Shown here piece after piece: positions 1 to 13,301 of a stretch of 64,000 bases of DNA. Positions within the stretch are counted from its first letter, which is position 1. Every line of letters begins with the position of its first letter. The stretch covers positions 34,387,281 to 34,451,280 of the forward strand of contig NC_057719.1 in the NCBI RefSeq assembly GCF_004010195.1, given 5' to 3'. The notes under the pieces are model-generated. The model ran no database searches, had not been told where the DNA came from, and saw only the letters and a program-made list of their open reading frames with translations. Origin of the DNA: Chiloscyllium plagiosum (lineage: Eukaryota). The translations under genes and the position numbers were made by a program.

Positions 1-3000
1 ACATGCACGATGTCAGTGCCAGTCTTCATATTGTTCTATAAATGTGCGGTGTCAGTGCCAGTCTTCATGTTTTTCTGTACATGCACAATGTGACGCCAGT
101 CTTCATGTCGTTCTGTACATGCACGATGTCAGTGCCAGTCTTCATGTCGTTCTGTACATGCACGATGTCAGTGCCAGTCTTCATGTCAGTCTGTACATGC
201 ACGATGTCAGCGCCAGTCTTCATGTCGATCTGTTCATGCACGATGTCAGTGCCTGTCTTCATGTCGTTCTGTACATGCACGATGTCAGCGCCAGTCTTCA
301 TGTCGCTCTGTACATGTGCGATGTCAGCGCCAGTCTTCATGTCGACCTGTTCATGCACGATGTCAGTGCCTGTCTTCATGTCGTTCTGTACATGTGCGAT
401 GTCAGCGCCAGTCTTCAAGTCGTTCTGTTCATGCACGATGTCAGTGCCAGTCTTCATGTCGTTCTGTACATGCACGATGTCAGCGCCAGTCTTCATGTCG
501 CTCTGTACATGTGCGATGTCAGCACCAGTCCTCATGTCGTTCTGTACATGCACAATGTCAGCTCCAGTCTTCATGTCGCTCTGTACATGTGCGATGTCAG
601 CACCAGTCTCCATGTCGTTCTGTACATGCATGATGTCAGCACCAGCATGCATGTCGTTCAGTACATGCGCGATGTCAGTATCAGTCTTCATGTCGTTCTG
701 TACATGCACGATGTCAGCGCCAGTCTTCATGTCGCTCTGTACATGTGCGATGTCAGCACCAGTCTTCATGTCATTCTGTACATGCACGATGTCAGCGCCA
801 GCATGCATGTCGTTCAGTACATGCACGATATCAGTGCCAGTCTTCATGTCGTTCTGTACATGCACGATGTCAGCGCCAGTCTTCATTTTGTTCTATAAAT
901 GTGCGGTGTCAGTGCCAGTCTTCATGTTTTTCTGTACATGCACAATGTGACGCCAGTCTTCATGTCGCTCTGTACATGTGCGATGTCAGCCCCAGTCTTC
1001 AAGTCGTTCTGGACATGCACGATGTCAGTGCCAGTCTTCATGTCATTCTGTACATGCACGATGTCAGTGGCAGTCATCATGTCATTCTGTACATGTGCGA
1101 TGTCAGCGCCAGTCTTCAAGTCGTTCTGTACATGCATGATGTCAGTGCCAGTCTTCATGTCATTCTGTACATGCACGATGTCAGCGCCAGTCTTCATGTC
1201 ACTCTGAACATGTGCGATGTCAGCGCCAGTCTTCAAGTCGTTCTGGACATGCACGATGTCAGTGCCAGTCTTCATGTCATTCTGTACATGCACGATGTCA
1301 GTGGCAGTCATCATGTCATTCTGTACATGCACGATGTCAGCACCAGTCTTCAAGTCGTTCTGTACATGTGCGATGTCAGCGCCAGTCTTCATGTCGTTCT
1401 GTACAAGCACGATGTCAGCGTCAGTCTTCATGTCATTCTGTACATGCACAATGTCAATGCCAGTCTTCATGTCGTTCTGTATGTGGGCAATGTCAGCGCC
1501 AGACTTCATGTTGTTCTATACATGCACGATGTTAGTGCCAGTCTTCATATTGTTCTATAAATGGGCTTTGTCTGCCAGTCTTCATGTTGTTCTGTACATG
1601 CACAATGTGACGCCAGTCTTCATGTCGTTCTGTACATGCACGATGTCAGCGCCAGTCTTCATGTCATTCTGTATATGCACGATGTCAGTGCCAGCCTCCA
1701 TGTCATTCTGTACATGCACGATGTCAGTGCCAGTCTTCATGTCGTTCTGTATATGCACGATGTCAGTGCCAGCCTTCATGTCGTTCTGAACATGCGCGGT
1801 GTCAGTGCCAGTCTTCATGTCATTCTGTACATGCGCGGTGTCAGCGCCAGCCTTCATGTCGTTCAGTACATGCGTGATGTCCGCGCCAGTCATCATGTCA
1901 ATCTGTAGATGCAAATTGTCAGCGGCAGTCTTCATGTCGTTCTGTACATGCACAATGTCAGCGCCAGTCTTCATGTCGTTCTGAACATGCGCGGTGTCAG
2001 CGACAGTCATCATGTCGATCTGTATATGCACGATGTCAGGGCCAGTCTTCATGTCGTTCAGTACATGCACGATGTCAGTGCCAGTCTTCAGGTCATTCGG
2101 AACATGCACGATGTCAGCGCCAGTCTACATGTCGTTCTGTACATGTGCGATGTCAGCGCCAGTCTTCATGCCGTTCTGTACATGTACAATGTCAGTGCCA
2201 GTCTTCATGTTGTTCTGTACATGCACAATGTGACGCCAGTCTTCATGTCGCTCTGTACGTGTGCAATGTCAGTGCCAGTCCTCATGTCATTCTGTACATG
2301 CACGATGTCAGTGCCAGTCTTCATGTCATTCTGAACATGCACGATGTCAGCGCCAGTCTTCATGTCGCTCTGTACATGTGCGATGTCAGCGCCAGTCTTC
2401 ATGTCGTTCTGTACATGTACAATGTCAGCGCCTGTCTTCGTGTCGTTCTGTACATGCACGATGTCAGTGCCAGTCTTCATATTGTTCTATAAATGTGCAG
2501 TGTCAGTGCCAGTCCTCATGTCATTCTGTACATGCACGATGTCAGTGCCAGTCTTCATGTCATTCTGAACATGCACGATGTCAGCGCCAATCTTCATGTC
2601 ATTGTGTACATGCACGATGTCAGCGCCAGACTTCATGTCGTTCTGTATATGCATGATGTCAGTGCCAGTCTTCATGTCATTGTGTACATGCATGATGTCA
2701 GTGCCAGTCTTCATGTCGTTCTGTATAAGCACGATGTCAGTGCCAGTCTTCATGTCATTGTGTACATGCACGATGTCAGCGCCAGTCTTCATGTCGTTCT
2801 GTATATGCACGATGTCAGTGCCAGCCTTCATGTCATTCTGTACATGCACGATGTCAGCGCCAGTCTTCATGTCGTTCTGTACATGCGCGATGTCAGTGCC
2901 AGTCTTCATGTCGTTCGGTATAAGCACGATGTCAGTGCCAGTCTTCATGTCGTTCTGTACATGCATGATGTCAGCGCCAGCCTTCATCTCATTCTGTACA

Positions 3001-6000
3001 TGTGCGATGTCAGCGCCAGTCTGCACGCCCTTCTGTACATGTACAATGTCAGCGCCTGTCTTCATGTCATTCTGTACATGCACGATATCAGCGCCAGTCA
3101 TTATTTCGTTCTGTACTTGCGCAATTTCTGCGCCAGTCTTCATGTCATTCTGCACATACGCGATTTCAACGCCACTCGTCATGTCGTTCTGTACATGCGC
3201 GATGTCAGCGCCAGTCTTAGTGTCGTTCTGTACATGCACGATGACTGTGCCAGTCTTCATGTCGTTCTGTACATGCACGATGTCTGTGCCAGTCTTCATG
3301 GCGTTCAGTACCTGCGCGATGTCAGAGCCAATCTTCATGTCATTCTGTACATGCACGATGTCAGTGCCAGTCTTCATGTCAATCTGTACATGCACGATGT
3401 CAGCGCCAGTCTTCATGTCGTTCTGAACATGCACGATGTCAGCACCAGTCTTCATGTCGTTCAGTACATGCGCGATGTTCGCGCCAGTCATCATGTCAAT
3501 CTGTAGATGCAAATTGTCAGCGGCAGTCTTCATGTCGTTCAGTACTTGCAATCCTGTTTTCATGCCATTCTGTACATGCACATTGTCAGCGCCAGTCTTC
3601 ATGTCATTCTGTACATGCACGATGTCAGCGCCAGTCTTCATGCCATTCTGTACATGCACATTGTCAGTGCCAGTCTTCATGTCGTTATGTACATGCACAA
3701 TGTCTGCGCCTGTCTTCATGTCGTTCTGTACATGTGCGATGTCAGCACCAGTCTTTATGCCGTTCTGTACATGCACGATGTCAGCGCCAGTCTTCATTTC
3801 ATTCTGTACATGCGCGATTTCCGCGCCAGACTTCATGTCATTCTGTACACACACGATGTCAGCGCCAGTCTTCATGTCGTTCTGTACATGCGTGATGTCA
3901 GTGCCATTCTTCATGTCATTCTGTACATGCACGATGTCAGCGCCAGTCTTCATGTCGTTCTGAACATGCGCCGTGTCAGCGCCAGTCTTCATGTCGTTCT
4001 GAACATGTGCCGTGTCAGCGCCAGTCGTCATGTAGTTCTGTACATGCATGATGTCAGCGCCAGTCTGCATGTCGTTCTGTACATGCACGATGTCAGTGCC
4101 AATCTTCATGTCATTCTGCACATGCACAATGTCAGTGCCAGTCTTCATGTCGTTCTGTACATGCACGATGTCAGCGCCAGTCTGCATGTCGTTCTGTTCA
4201 TGCACGATGTCAGCGCCAGTCATCATGTCGTTCTGTACATGCATGATGTCAGCGCCAGTCTTCATGTCGTTCTGTACATGTGCGATTGCAGCGCCAGTCG
4301 TCATGTCATTCTGTACATACGCGATGTCCACGCCAGTCTTCATGTCATCCTGCACATGCACGATGTCAGTGCCAGTCTTCATGTCGTTCTGTACATGTGC
4401 GATTGCAGCGCCAGTCGTCATGTCATTCTGTACATACGCGATGTCCACGCCAGTCTTCATGTCATCCTGCACATGCACGATGTCAGTGCCAGTCTTCATG
4501 TCAGTCTGTACATGCACGATGTCAGCGCCAGTCTTCATGTCGATCTGTTCATGCACGATTTCAGTGCCAGTCTTCATGTCGTTCTGTACATGCACGATGT
4601 CAGCGCCAGTCTTCATGTCGCTCTGTACATGTGCGATGTCAGTGCCAGCATGCATGTCATTCTACACATGCACGATGTCAGCGCCAGTCTTCATGTCGTT
4701 CTGTACATGCACGAAGTCAGTGCCAGTCTTCATATTGTTCTATAAATGTGCGGTGTCATTGCCAGTCTTCATGTCGTTCTGTACATGCACAATGTGACGC
4801 CAGTCTTCATGTCGTTCTGTACATGTGCAATGTCAGCGCCAGTCTTCAAGTCGTTCTGTACATGCACGATGTCAGTATCAGTCTTCATGTCGTTCTGTAC
4901 ATGCACGATGTCAGCGCCAGTCTTCATGTCGCTCTGTACATGTGCGATGTCAGCACCAGTCTTCATGTCGTTCTGTACATGCACAATGTCAGCGCCAGTC
5001 TTCATGTCGCTCTGTACATGTGCGATGTCAGCACCAGTCTCCATGTCGTTCTGTACATGCATGATGTCAGCGCCAGCATGCATGTCGTTCAGTACATGCG
5101 CGATGTCAGTATCAGTCTTCATGTCGTTCTGTACATGCACGATGTCAGCGCCAGTCTTCATGTCGCTCTGTACATGTGCGATGTCAGCGCCAGTCTTCAA
5201 GTCGTTCTGTACATGCACAATGTCAGTTCCAGTCTTCATGTCATTCTGCACATGCACGATGTCAGTGCCAGTCATCATGTCATTCTGTACATGCACGATG
5301 TCAGCACCAGTCTTCATGTCGCTCTGTACATGTGCGATGTCAGCACCAGTCTTCATGTCATTCTGTACATGCACGATGTCAGCGCCAGTCTTCATGTCGC
5401 TCTGAACATGTGCGATGTCAGCGCCAGTCTTCAAGTCGTTCTGTACATGTGCGATGTCAGCGCCAGTCTTCATGTCGTTCTGTACAAGCATGATGTCAGC
5501 GTCAGTCTTCATGTCATTCTGTACATGCACAATGTCAATGCCAGTCTTCATGTCGTTCTGTATGTGGGCAATGTCAGCGCCAGACTTCATGTTGTTCTAT
5601 ACATGCACGATGTTAGTGCCAGTCTTCATATTGTTCTATAAATGGGCTTTGTCTGGCCAGTCTTCATGTTGTTCTGTACATGCACAATGTGACGCCAGTC
5701 TTCATGTCGTTCTGTATATGCACGANNNNNNNNNNNNNNNNNNNNNNNNNNNNNNNNNNNNNNNNNNNNNNNNNNNNNNNNNNNNNNNNNNNNNNNNNNN
5801 NNNNNNNNNNNNNNNNNNNNNNNNNNNNNNNNNNNNNNNNNNNNNNNNNNNNNNNNNNNNNNNNNNNNNNNNNNNNNNNNNNNNNNNNNNNNNNNNNNNN
5901 NNNNNNNNNNNNNNNNNNNNNNNNNNNNNNNNNNNNNNNNNNNNNNNNNNNNNNNNNNNNNNNNNNNNNNNNNNNNNNNNNNNNNNNNNNNNNNNNNNNN

Positions 6001-9000
6001 NNNNNNNNNNNNNNNNNNNNNNNNNNNNNNNNNNNNNNNNNNNNNNNNNNNNNNNNNNNNNNNNNNNNNNNNNNNNNNNNNNNNNNNNNNNNNNNNNNNN
6101 NNNNNNNNNNNNNNNNNNNNNNNNNNNNNNNNNNNNNNNNNNNNNNNNNNNNNNNNNNNNNNNNNNNNNNNNNNNNNNNNNNNNNNNNNNNNNNNNNNNN
6201 NNNNNNNNNNNNNNNNNNNNNNNNNGTCTACATGTCATTCTGTACTTGCGCGATATCAGCGCCAGTCTTCATGTCAATCTGTACATGCGCAATGTCAGCG
6301 CCAGTCTTCATGTCATTCTGTACATGCACGATGTCAGTGCCAGTCTTAATGTCATTCTCTACTTGCGCGATGTCAGCGCCAGTCTTCATGTCATTCTCTA
6401 CTTGCGCGATGTCAGCGCCAGTCTTCATATCATTCTGTACATGCGCAATGTCAGTGCCAGTCTTCATGTCATTCTCTACTTGCGCGATGTCAGCGCCAGT
6501 CTTCATGTCATTCTGTACATGCACGATGTCAGCGCCAGTCTTCATATCATTCTGTACATGTGCGATGTCAGTGCCAGACTTCATGTCGTTCTTTACATGC
6601 ACGATTTCAGTGCCAGTCTTCATGTCGGTCTGTACATGCGCGGTGTCAGTGCCAGTCTTCATGTCATTCTGTACATGTACAATGTCTGCACCAGTCTTCA
6701 TTGCGTTCTGTACGTGCACGATGTCAGTGCCAGTCTTCATGTCGTTTTGTACATGCACGATGTCAGTGCCAGTCTTCATGTCGTTCTGAACATGCACAAT
6801 GTGACGCCAGTCTTCATGTCGATCTGTACATGCGCGATGTCAGCGCCAGTCTTCATGTCATTCTGTACATGCGCGATGTCAGCGCCAGTCTTCATGTCGT
6901 TCTGTACATGCACAATGTCAGCGCCAGTCTTCATGTCATTCTGAACATGCATGATGTCAGTGCCAGCCTTCATGTCAATCTGAACATGCACAATGTCAGT
7001 GCCAGTCGTCATGTCGTTCTCTACATGCACGATGTCAGTGCCAGTCTTCATGTTGTTCAGTACATACACGATGTCAATGCTAGTCTTCATGTCATTCTGT
7101 ACATGTGCAATGTCAGCGCTAGTCTTCATGTCATTCTGTACATGTGCAATGTCAGCGCCAGTCTTCATGTCGTTCTGTACATGCACAATGTCAGTGCCAG
7201 TCTTCATTTCATTCTGTACATGCACAATGTGACGCCAGTCTTCATGTCGTTCTGTGCATGCACGATGTCAGTGCCAGTCTTCATGTCGTTCTGTACATGC
7301 GCGATGTCGGCGCCAGTCTTCCCAGTCTTCAAGTCGTTCTCTACATGCACGATGTCAGTGCCAGTCTTCAAGTCGTTCTCTACATGCACGATGTCAGCGC
7401 CAGTCTTCATGTCATTCTGTACATGCGGGATGTCAGTGCCTGTCTTCATGTCATTCTGTACATGCGCGATGTCAGCACCAGTCTTCATGTTATTCTGTAC
7501 ATGCCCGATGTCCGCACCAGTCTTCATATCATTCTGTACATGCACGATGTCAGTGCCTGTCTTCATGTCATTCTGTACATGCGCAATGTCAGCACCAGTC
7601 TTCATGTCATTCTGTACATGCCCGATGTCAGTGCCAGTCTTCATGTCGTTCTGTACATGCACGATGTCAGCGCCAGTCTTCATGTCATTCTGTACAAGCA
7701 CGATGTCAGCGCCAGTCTTCATATCGTTCTGTACATGCACGATGTCAGNNNNNNNNNNNNNNNNNNNNNNNNNNNNNNNNNNNNNNNNNNNNNNNNNNNN
7801 NNNNNNNNNNNNNNNNNNNNNNNNNNNNNNNNNNNNNNNNNNNNNNNNNNNNNNNNNNNNNNNNNNNNNNNNNNNNNNNNNNNNNNNNNNNNNNNNNNNN
7901 NNNNNNNNNNNNNNNNNNNNNNNNNNNNNNNNNNNNNNNNNNNNNNNNNNNNNNNNNNNNNNNNNNNNNNNNNNNNNNNNNNNNNNNNNNNNNNNNNNNN
8001 NNNNNNNNNNNNNNNNNNNNNNNNNNNNNNNNNNNNNNNNNNNNNNNNNNNNNNNNNNNNNNNNNNNNNNNNNNNNNNNNNNNNNNNNNNNNNNNNNNNN
8101 NNNNNNNNNNNNNNNNNNNNNNNNNNNNNNNNNNNNNNNNNNNNNNNNNNNNNNNNNNNNNNNNNNNNNNNNNNNNNNNNNNNNNNNNNNNNNNNNNNNN
8201 NNNNNNNNNNNNNNNNNNNNNNNNNNNNNNNNNNNNNNNNNNNNNNNNNNNNNNNNNNNNNNNNNNNNNNNNNNNNNNNNNNNNNNNNNNNNNNNNNNNN
8301 NNNNNCATGGCCAGTCTTCATGTCGTTCTGTACATGCACGATGTCAGCGCCAGTCTTCATATCGTTCTGTACATGCACGATGTCAGCGCCAGTCTTCATA
8401 TCGTTCCGTACATGTGAAATTTCAGCGCCAGTCTTCATGTCGTTCTGAACATGCACAATGTGACGCCAGTCTTCATGTCGTTCTGTACATGCACGATGTC
8501 AGCGCCAGTCTTCATGTCATTCTGTACAAGCACGATGTCAGCGCCAGTCTTCATATCGTTCTTTCCATGTGCAATTTCAGCGCCAGTCTTCCTGTCATTC
8601 TGTACATGCATGATGTCAGCGCCAGTCTTCATGTCAATCTGTACATGCGCGATGTCAGCGCCAGTCTTCATATCATTCTATACATGCACAATGTCAGCGC
8701 TAGTCTTCATGTCGTTCTGTGCATGCACGATGTCAGTGCCAGTCTTCATGTCATTCTGTACATGCACAATGTGACGCCAGTCTTCATGTCGTTCTGTACA
8801 TGCACGATGTCAGTGCCAGTCTTCATGTCATTATGTACATGCACGATGTCAGTGCCAGTCTTAATGTCATTCTGTACATGCGCAATGTCAGTGCCAGTCT
8901 TCATGTCGTTCTGTAAATGCGCGATGTCAGCGCCAGTCTTCATTTCATTCTGTACATGCACTATGTCAATGCCAGTCTTCATGTCATTCTGTACTTGCGC

Positions 9001-9815
9001 GATGTCAGCGCCAGTCTTCATGTCGTTCTGTACATGCAGGATATCAGTGCCAGTCTTCATGTCGTTCTGTACATGCATGATGTCAGCGCCAGTCTTCAGT
9101 TCATTCTGTACATGCCCGATGTCAGTACCAGTCTTCATGTCGTTCTGTACATGCACGATGTCAGTGCCAGTCTTCATGTTAATCTGAACCTGCACGATGT
9201 TAGTGCCAGTCTTCAAGTCGTTCTCTACATGCACGATGTCAGCGCCAGTCTTCATGTCATTCTGTACATGCGAGATGTCAGTGCCTGTCTTCATGTCATT
9301 CTGTACATGCCCGATGTCAGCGCCAGTCTTCATATCATTCTGTACATGCACGATGTCAGTGCCTGTCTTCATGTCATTCTGTACATGCCCGATGTCAGCG
9401 CCAGTCTTCATGTCGTTCTGTACATGCACGACGTCAGCGCCAGTCTTCATTTCGTTCTGTACATGCACGATGTCAGCGCCAGTCTTCATATCATTCTGTA
9501 CATGCACGATGTCAGTGCCAGTCTTCATGTCGTTCTGTACATGTTCGATGTCAGCACCAGTCTTCATGTCATTCTGAACATGCGCGATGTCCACGCCACT
9601 CTTCATATCGTTCCGTACATGCGTGATGTCCATGCCAGTCTTCATCTCGTTCTGTACATGCACATTGTCAGTGTCAGTTTTCATGTCGTTCTGTACATGC
9701 ACGATGTCAGTGCCAGTCTTCATGTCATTCTGTACATGCGCGGTGTCAGCGCCAGTCTTCATGTCATTCTGTACATGCGCAGTGTCAGTGCCAGTCTTCA
9801 TGTCATTCTGTACAT
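1..9815. repeat. 39-bp tandem array (minisatellite/satellite), roughly 220 sequenced units, open at the left window edge
   Basis: Consensus catgtcgttctgtacatgcacgatgtcagcgccagtctt repeated head to tail. A recurrent 37-bp variant (acaatgtgacgccagtc) and a ttgttctataaatg variant occur. N gaps at 5726-6225 and 7749-8305. Confidence 0.97.
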
Positions 9816-9891
9816 ATATTCGTATTAAGCGATTTTCAATTATCCGAGGTTTCAGTGGAACGCAACTACGGTGTTATCAGAGAACTACTTG
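9816..9891 (-). mobile_element. Putative Tc1/mariner Tigger/pogo-like DNA transposon terminus abutting the array
   Basis: Minus strand reads caagtagttctctgataacaccgtagttgcgttccactgaaacctcggataattgaaaatcgc and runs directly into the 39-mer. It resembles Tigger-type CAG-started termini (recalled, not searched). The second end is not in the window. Confidence 0.45.
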
Positions 9892-9904
9892 TTTCTCTGA
9901 GTTA

Positions 9905-11000
9905 AATACATTTACTCACTTGGCTACCACAGCCCTCTGTGGCAATGAGTGTGACAGAGTCACCACTTTCTAGCTGGAGAAATTCATCCTCCTTTCAATT
10001 CTAAAGGGTTATCCTTTCACCTTGAGACTCTGGCCCTGGGTCCTAGTCACTCTTACTAGTGGAAACATCTTCTCCATATCCACTACACCCAGGCCTCTTA
10101 GTCTTCTGTAAGTTTCAGTAAGAAGCCCCATATCCTTCTAAACTCCATCAAATACAAAACAGAGTCCTCAACTGCTCCTCATATGACAAGCCCTTCACCC
10201 TCCAGATCATTCTGTGAACCTCCTCTTATACCCCTCCAATGCGCCCATATCTTTCCTTAAATACGGGGCCCAAAACTGCTCACAATATTTTAAATACAGT
10301 CTGATCAGAGCCTTGTATAGTCTCAGCTGTAAACTCTGTTCTTGTTTTCTCAATCTCTTAAAATGAATGCCAACATTGTATTTGTCTTCCTAACCTCCAA
10401 CTGAACCTGCATGTTAACCTTCAGAGAATCCTGAACTTGTAATCCCAACTAATAAACCCTTTTATAGGTGCGCCATCAAGAGCATTCTGTCTAGATGTAT
10501 CACTACCTGGTATGGCGACTCCACCATTCATGATCACAGACAGTTACAGAGAGTGGTGAACTCAGCCTGGACAATCACAAATGCCAACCTCCCATCTATA
10601 GAATCCACCTACCAGGCCCGTTGTCAAGGTAAGGCTGCCAGCATTCTCAAAGATCCATCCCACTCTGGCAATGCTTTACTACAACTTCTACCATCAGTGA
10701 GATAGTACAGAAGGCTGAGCACATGCATCGGCCAGTTTCAAAGCAGTTTCTACCCTACAGTTGTTAGAATACAGAATGGACTCACAAACTCTTAACATTC
10801 GCCTGTGCCTGTGTTTTTGTTTTTGCCTCTGTTTACCTATTATTTATTTATCTATGCTACTTAACTCTGTGATCTGCCTGTATTGCTCGCAAGACAAAGC
10901 TTTTCACTGTGCCTTAGTACATGCGACAATAAATTCAATTCAATTCAATTCAAATCTCTTTGGCTTCAGATTTCTGAAGCCTTTCCCTGTTTCTCATCTG
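9905..11000 (-). mobile_element. CR1 LINE 3' RT fragment, split by a Rex1/Babar insertion
   Basis: 9905-10450 matches other CR1 3' regions in the window (e.g. 33900-34260). It resumes at ~10953 (atctctttggcttcagatttctgaagcc), collinear with the copy at 42190-42260. Confidence 0.8.
10458..10952 (+). mobile_element. Rex1/Babar-type LINE, 5'-truncated 3' end with (ATTCA)n tail
   Basis: Near-identical to 15285-15773 (FYRCAIESILSGCIT.WYG region plus 3'UTR); ends aataaattcaattcaattcaattca. Confidence 0.85.
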
Positions 11001-11147
11001 GGAAATTTCAATGTAACTCTGTGATCTGCCTGTATTGCTCGCAAGACAAAGCTTTTCACTGTGCCTTAGTAATTCAATTCAATTCAAATCTCTTTGGCTT
11101 CAGATTTCTGAAGCCTTTCCCTGTTTCTCATCTGGGAAATTTCAATG
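10862..11147 (+). repeat. Local tandem duplication (10862-11013 and 11014-11147)
   Basis: Two adjacent near-identical copies spanning the Rex tail/CR1 junction. The second copy lacks about 18 bp around the aataaa. Confidence 0.9.
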
Positions 11148-11167
11148 CTGGATGTCAATAATCCCGT

Positions 11168-11480
11168 GGTGGTACGGGGTGGCCCAGAGGTTAGCATTGC
11201 TGCCTCACAGGGTCCTGGGTTTGATTCCAGCCTCGGGTGACTATCTGTGTGGACTTTGCACGTTCTCCCTGTGTCTACGTGGGTTTCCTCCCATAATCCA
11301 AAGATGTGAAGTTAGGTGAATTGATGATGCTAAATTGCCCATAGTGTTCAGGGATGTGTAAGTTAGATTCATTAGTTAGGGGTAAATGTAGCGGAATGGG
11401 TCTGGGTGGGTTACTCTTAAAAAGGTCAGTGTGGACTTGTTGGGCTAAAGGGCTTGTTTCCACACTTTAGAGATTCTATG
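11168..11480 (+). mobile_element. HE1-like tRNA-derived V-SINE
   Basis: A-box-like gtggcccagaggttagc, B-box-like ggtttgattcc, V-domain tgtgtggactttgcacgttctccc, CR1-like 3' tail; five further copies in the window. Confidence 0.85.
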
Positions 11481-11625
11481 ATAATCATCAACAATATACT
11501 CTTCAACTTAACGATCAGCACAAATAGGTCTTCCATTAGAAATCTCTATTCATCGGCAATTCATGCTGCTGCAGTCATTTTAGAGTCTCTTCGGGCCCAT
11601 TGCCTTCAATAGAACAGACACTTAC

Positions 11626-11836
11626 ACAGGCACAGAAAAGCTGATGAACATGTTCATAAAAAACTGGCACAGCCGAACGAAAAAAAAGTGGCAAATAATA
11701 ACTGAATATGGGCCAAGGTCACAGATTTTCAATGAATATGTTAAATTTTGCTTCATTACATGGGGTTTTAACATTTTCATTGTTGCACTGGGATTGTATT
11801 TCACAATTTTGTACCATACAGTTTGACAACACAAAC
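11626..11836 (-). pseudogene. Candidate exon remnant of decayed minus-strand gene
   Basis: Acceptor gtctttag, donor gtaagt; phase-1 frame open (GLCCQTVWYKIVKYNPSATMKMLKPHVMKQNLTYSL...). Weak motif match. Confidence 0.3.
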
Positions 11837-12057
11837 CTAAAGACCTTACATATCAGAAGGTAACAAGTGATTAGACTGAGTGTGGTAAGGGACATCAGCT
11901 AGCCATATTTCAAAATGGAAGGAAAACACTCAAAGAACTGAAAAGTAACATGTGACAAGGTATTATATAAAAGGATATTGAACAAAATTAAGAATTATAG
12001 AAGGAAGTCATTGGATATAAAATAAAAATTGAAAGAATAGTGGATGCCATAAATCAG

Positions 12058-12256
12058 AGACAAAAATAGAAGTTGTTGGAAAAGCTCTGCATGTCTGGCA
12101 GCATCTGTGGAGAGAAATCAGAATAAACATTTCAGGTCAAATGACCTTTCTTCAGAGCAGTTCTGAGGAAGGGTCATTCAACACGAATGTTAATTCTGAT
12201 TTCTCTGCACAAATGATGCCAGACCTGCTGAGTTTTTCCAACAATCTTTGTTTTGT
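12058..12256. mobile_element. Palindromic non-autonomous PLE terminal-repeat element with degenerate hammerhead core
   Basis: Two ~95-bp inverted arms centred near 12158; ctgaggaagggtcattcaacacgaa is a decayed CUGANGA...GAAA core. Confidence 0.7.
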
Positions 12257-12319
12257 CATGGATTAAAATAATTTGGTTTAAGGATTGAAAGCAGAACATT
12301 GCATTACATATTGGCTCAT

Positions 12320-13230
12320 TCAGTCTGAAAAATAGCAGATGATGGTGTTCCCCAGCTGTCAGTGCTCAAGCCACTGCTTTTTTGCATTTTATGACAGAGG
12401 TGGGTTTTGGAAAGTCAAATCAGCAGAATAGGCAGATAAGTGAATAATGAAATTTAATGCAGAGAAGTACAAAGTAATGTATTTTGATAGAAGGGATGGG
12501 GGAGGCATTATAAACTTAATAGCACAATTCTGGGGTTTACAGGAATGGGGGCACCTCGGGCTGCATGTGCAACAATGTTTTAAGTGACAATTCAATTTGA
12601 GTGAATGGAAAGCACTGGGGATTTTGAGATTCATAAATAAGAGCATTAAGTACAAAATTAAGGAAATTATACTGATCTTTTCAAGCTCTCCTTTGGCCAC
12701 AGCTAGTTCTGGTCACCACAGTTGAAAATGGAGGAAGGTCCTTGAGAGGGTGCAGAGGTGATTTATCAGAATGATTCCAGGGATGAAAGGAATTACTTAT
12801 AAGATGGGGGTGGAATTGCTGGGGTTATTCCCCTTGGAGCCAAGGAAGTTGACAGATCTGATAGAGGTGACCAAGATTATGACAAGCCAGGGTAGACAAT
12901 GCAATGCTATTCTCATAAATTTAGTCCAAGGGTTGAGGGATCACAGACTTAACATTCTGAACCAGAGATGCATGTGAATGTGAGGAAGAAATGTTTTAGG
13001 AGGTCAGTGGGTAGTGGTTGCAGGATCAATTTGGGATTGTGTTCGACATGAACTGATTGGTCCGAAGGGTCTGATTCTGTACTAGTTGACTTTACAACTC
13101 AGAAGGAAGTTGGACGGGCACTTAAAAGAAATGAATTTTCAACTGCGAGAATCAAGCAGAGGAATAGCACCTACCGAATTTTTCTGAGGAGAGCCTGCAT
13201 TGGTCAACGGGTTGAACGGCCACCTTCTGT
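12320..13230 (+). mobile_element. Old degenerate CR1 LINE 3' half
   Basis: Remnants of GVPQ.SVL.PLLF, W.MKFNAEK.KVM.F and LERVQR.FIRMIPGMKG. Confidence 0.75.
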
Positions 13231-13301
13231 ATCATAAGTAACTATAGTCTTCCCTGTTTGACAGTGATTCATCTAGAAATCCATGAATGTGGCATATAAA
13301 C

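Noticed and set aside
1..9815. CRISPR array
   Set aside because: Units are contiguous with no unique spacers, there are no cas genes, and the context is eukaryotic.
42..9828. Long ORFs on both strands (MKTGADIVHVQND, MSAPVFMSFCTCT and MHDVSASLHVVLY repeats) as a repetitive protein gene
   Set aside because: A 39-bp stop-poor unit opens several frames automatically. Recurrent 37-bp units shift every frame, stop variants hit each frame, and variation follows CpG decay rather than codon position.
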